Under the pieces are notes generated by a model. The model saw only the letters and a program-made list of their open reading frames with translations, was not told where the DNA came from and did not search any database. Shown here piece by piece: positions 19,184-19,321 of a DNA stretch of 19,321 nt (its first letter is position 1; every line of letters begins with the position of its first letter). The DNA is taken from assembly GCA_001179505.1 (NCBI GenBank), contig CDMY01000797.1, positions 1 through 19,321 of the forward strand. The letters run 5' to 3'. Origin of the DNA: Vitrella brassicaformis CCMP3155. Lineage: Eukaryota > Protista > Chromerida. Made by a program: the position numbers and the translations under genes.

Positions 19184-19319
19184 ATCTATCAACATCATGG
19201 GCTACCCTCACTCTCCCCTCCTCCTCTTCTTCCTCATGGGACGCTCCTCCTCACTATCATCTACGGCGGGCTGCTCTGCTGCTACCCTTGCCGACAAACG
19301 TGTAGTGCCTTGACTCCAT
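19184..19319 (+). repeat. Dispersed intergenic element, copy E
   Basis: ATCTATCAACATCATGGGCTACCCTCACTCTCCCC, a CT tract, then CTCTGCTGCTACCCTTGCCGACAAACGTGTAGTGCCTTGACTCCAT. Confidence 0.65.
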
Positions 19320-19321
19320 GG

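Overview
Gene-dense, intron-rich eukaryotic DNA with short (mostly about 50-90 nt) GT-AG introns. The intron style, an ApiAP2-type domain and a signal-peptide-led plastid sulfolipid enzyme point to a chromerid alga, most likely Vitrella brassicaformis (inference). Genes reconstructed by hand, in order: the 3' end of an unknown Cys-rich protein (+), a GT64/EXTL2-like glycosyltransferase (-), a tentative hypothetical gene (-), a GET2/CAML-like protein (-) head-to-head with a TXNDC9/PhLP3 phosducin-like protein (+), UDP-sulfoquinovose synthase SQD1/SqdB (-), CCT4/TCP-1 delta with 22 exons (-), a GT92/DUF23 glycosyltransferase (+), and a frameshifted AP2 fragment plus a decayed duplicated coding segment (+). 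The most notable unexplained signals are an intergenic repeat family (TATCAACA...GGCTAC, then a CT-rich tract) that mostly lies downstream of stop codons in the sense orientation, an SQD1 with alphaproteobacterial-type rather than plant-type signatures, and GC-AG introns, one with a duplicated in-frame GC donor. I found no tRNA, rRNA, CRISPR array or intact transposase, and I cannot claim a new multi-gene system from sequence alone.
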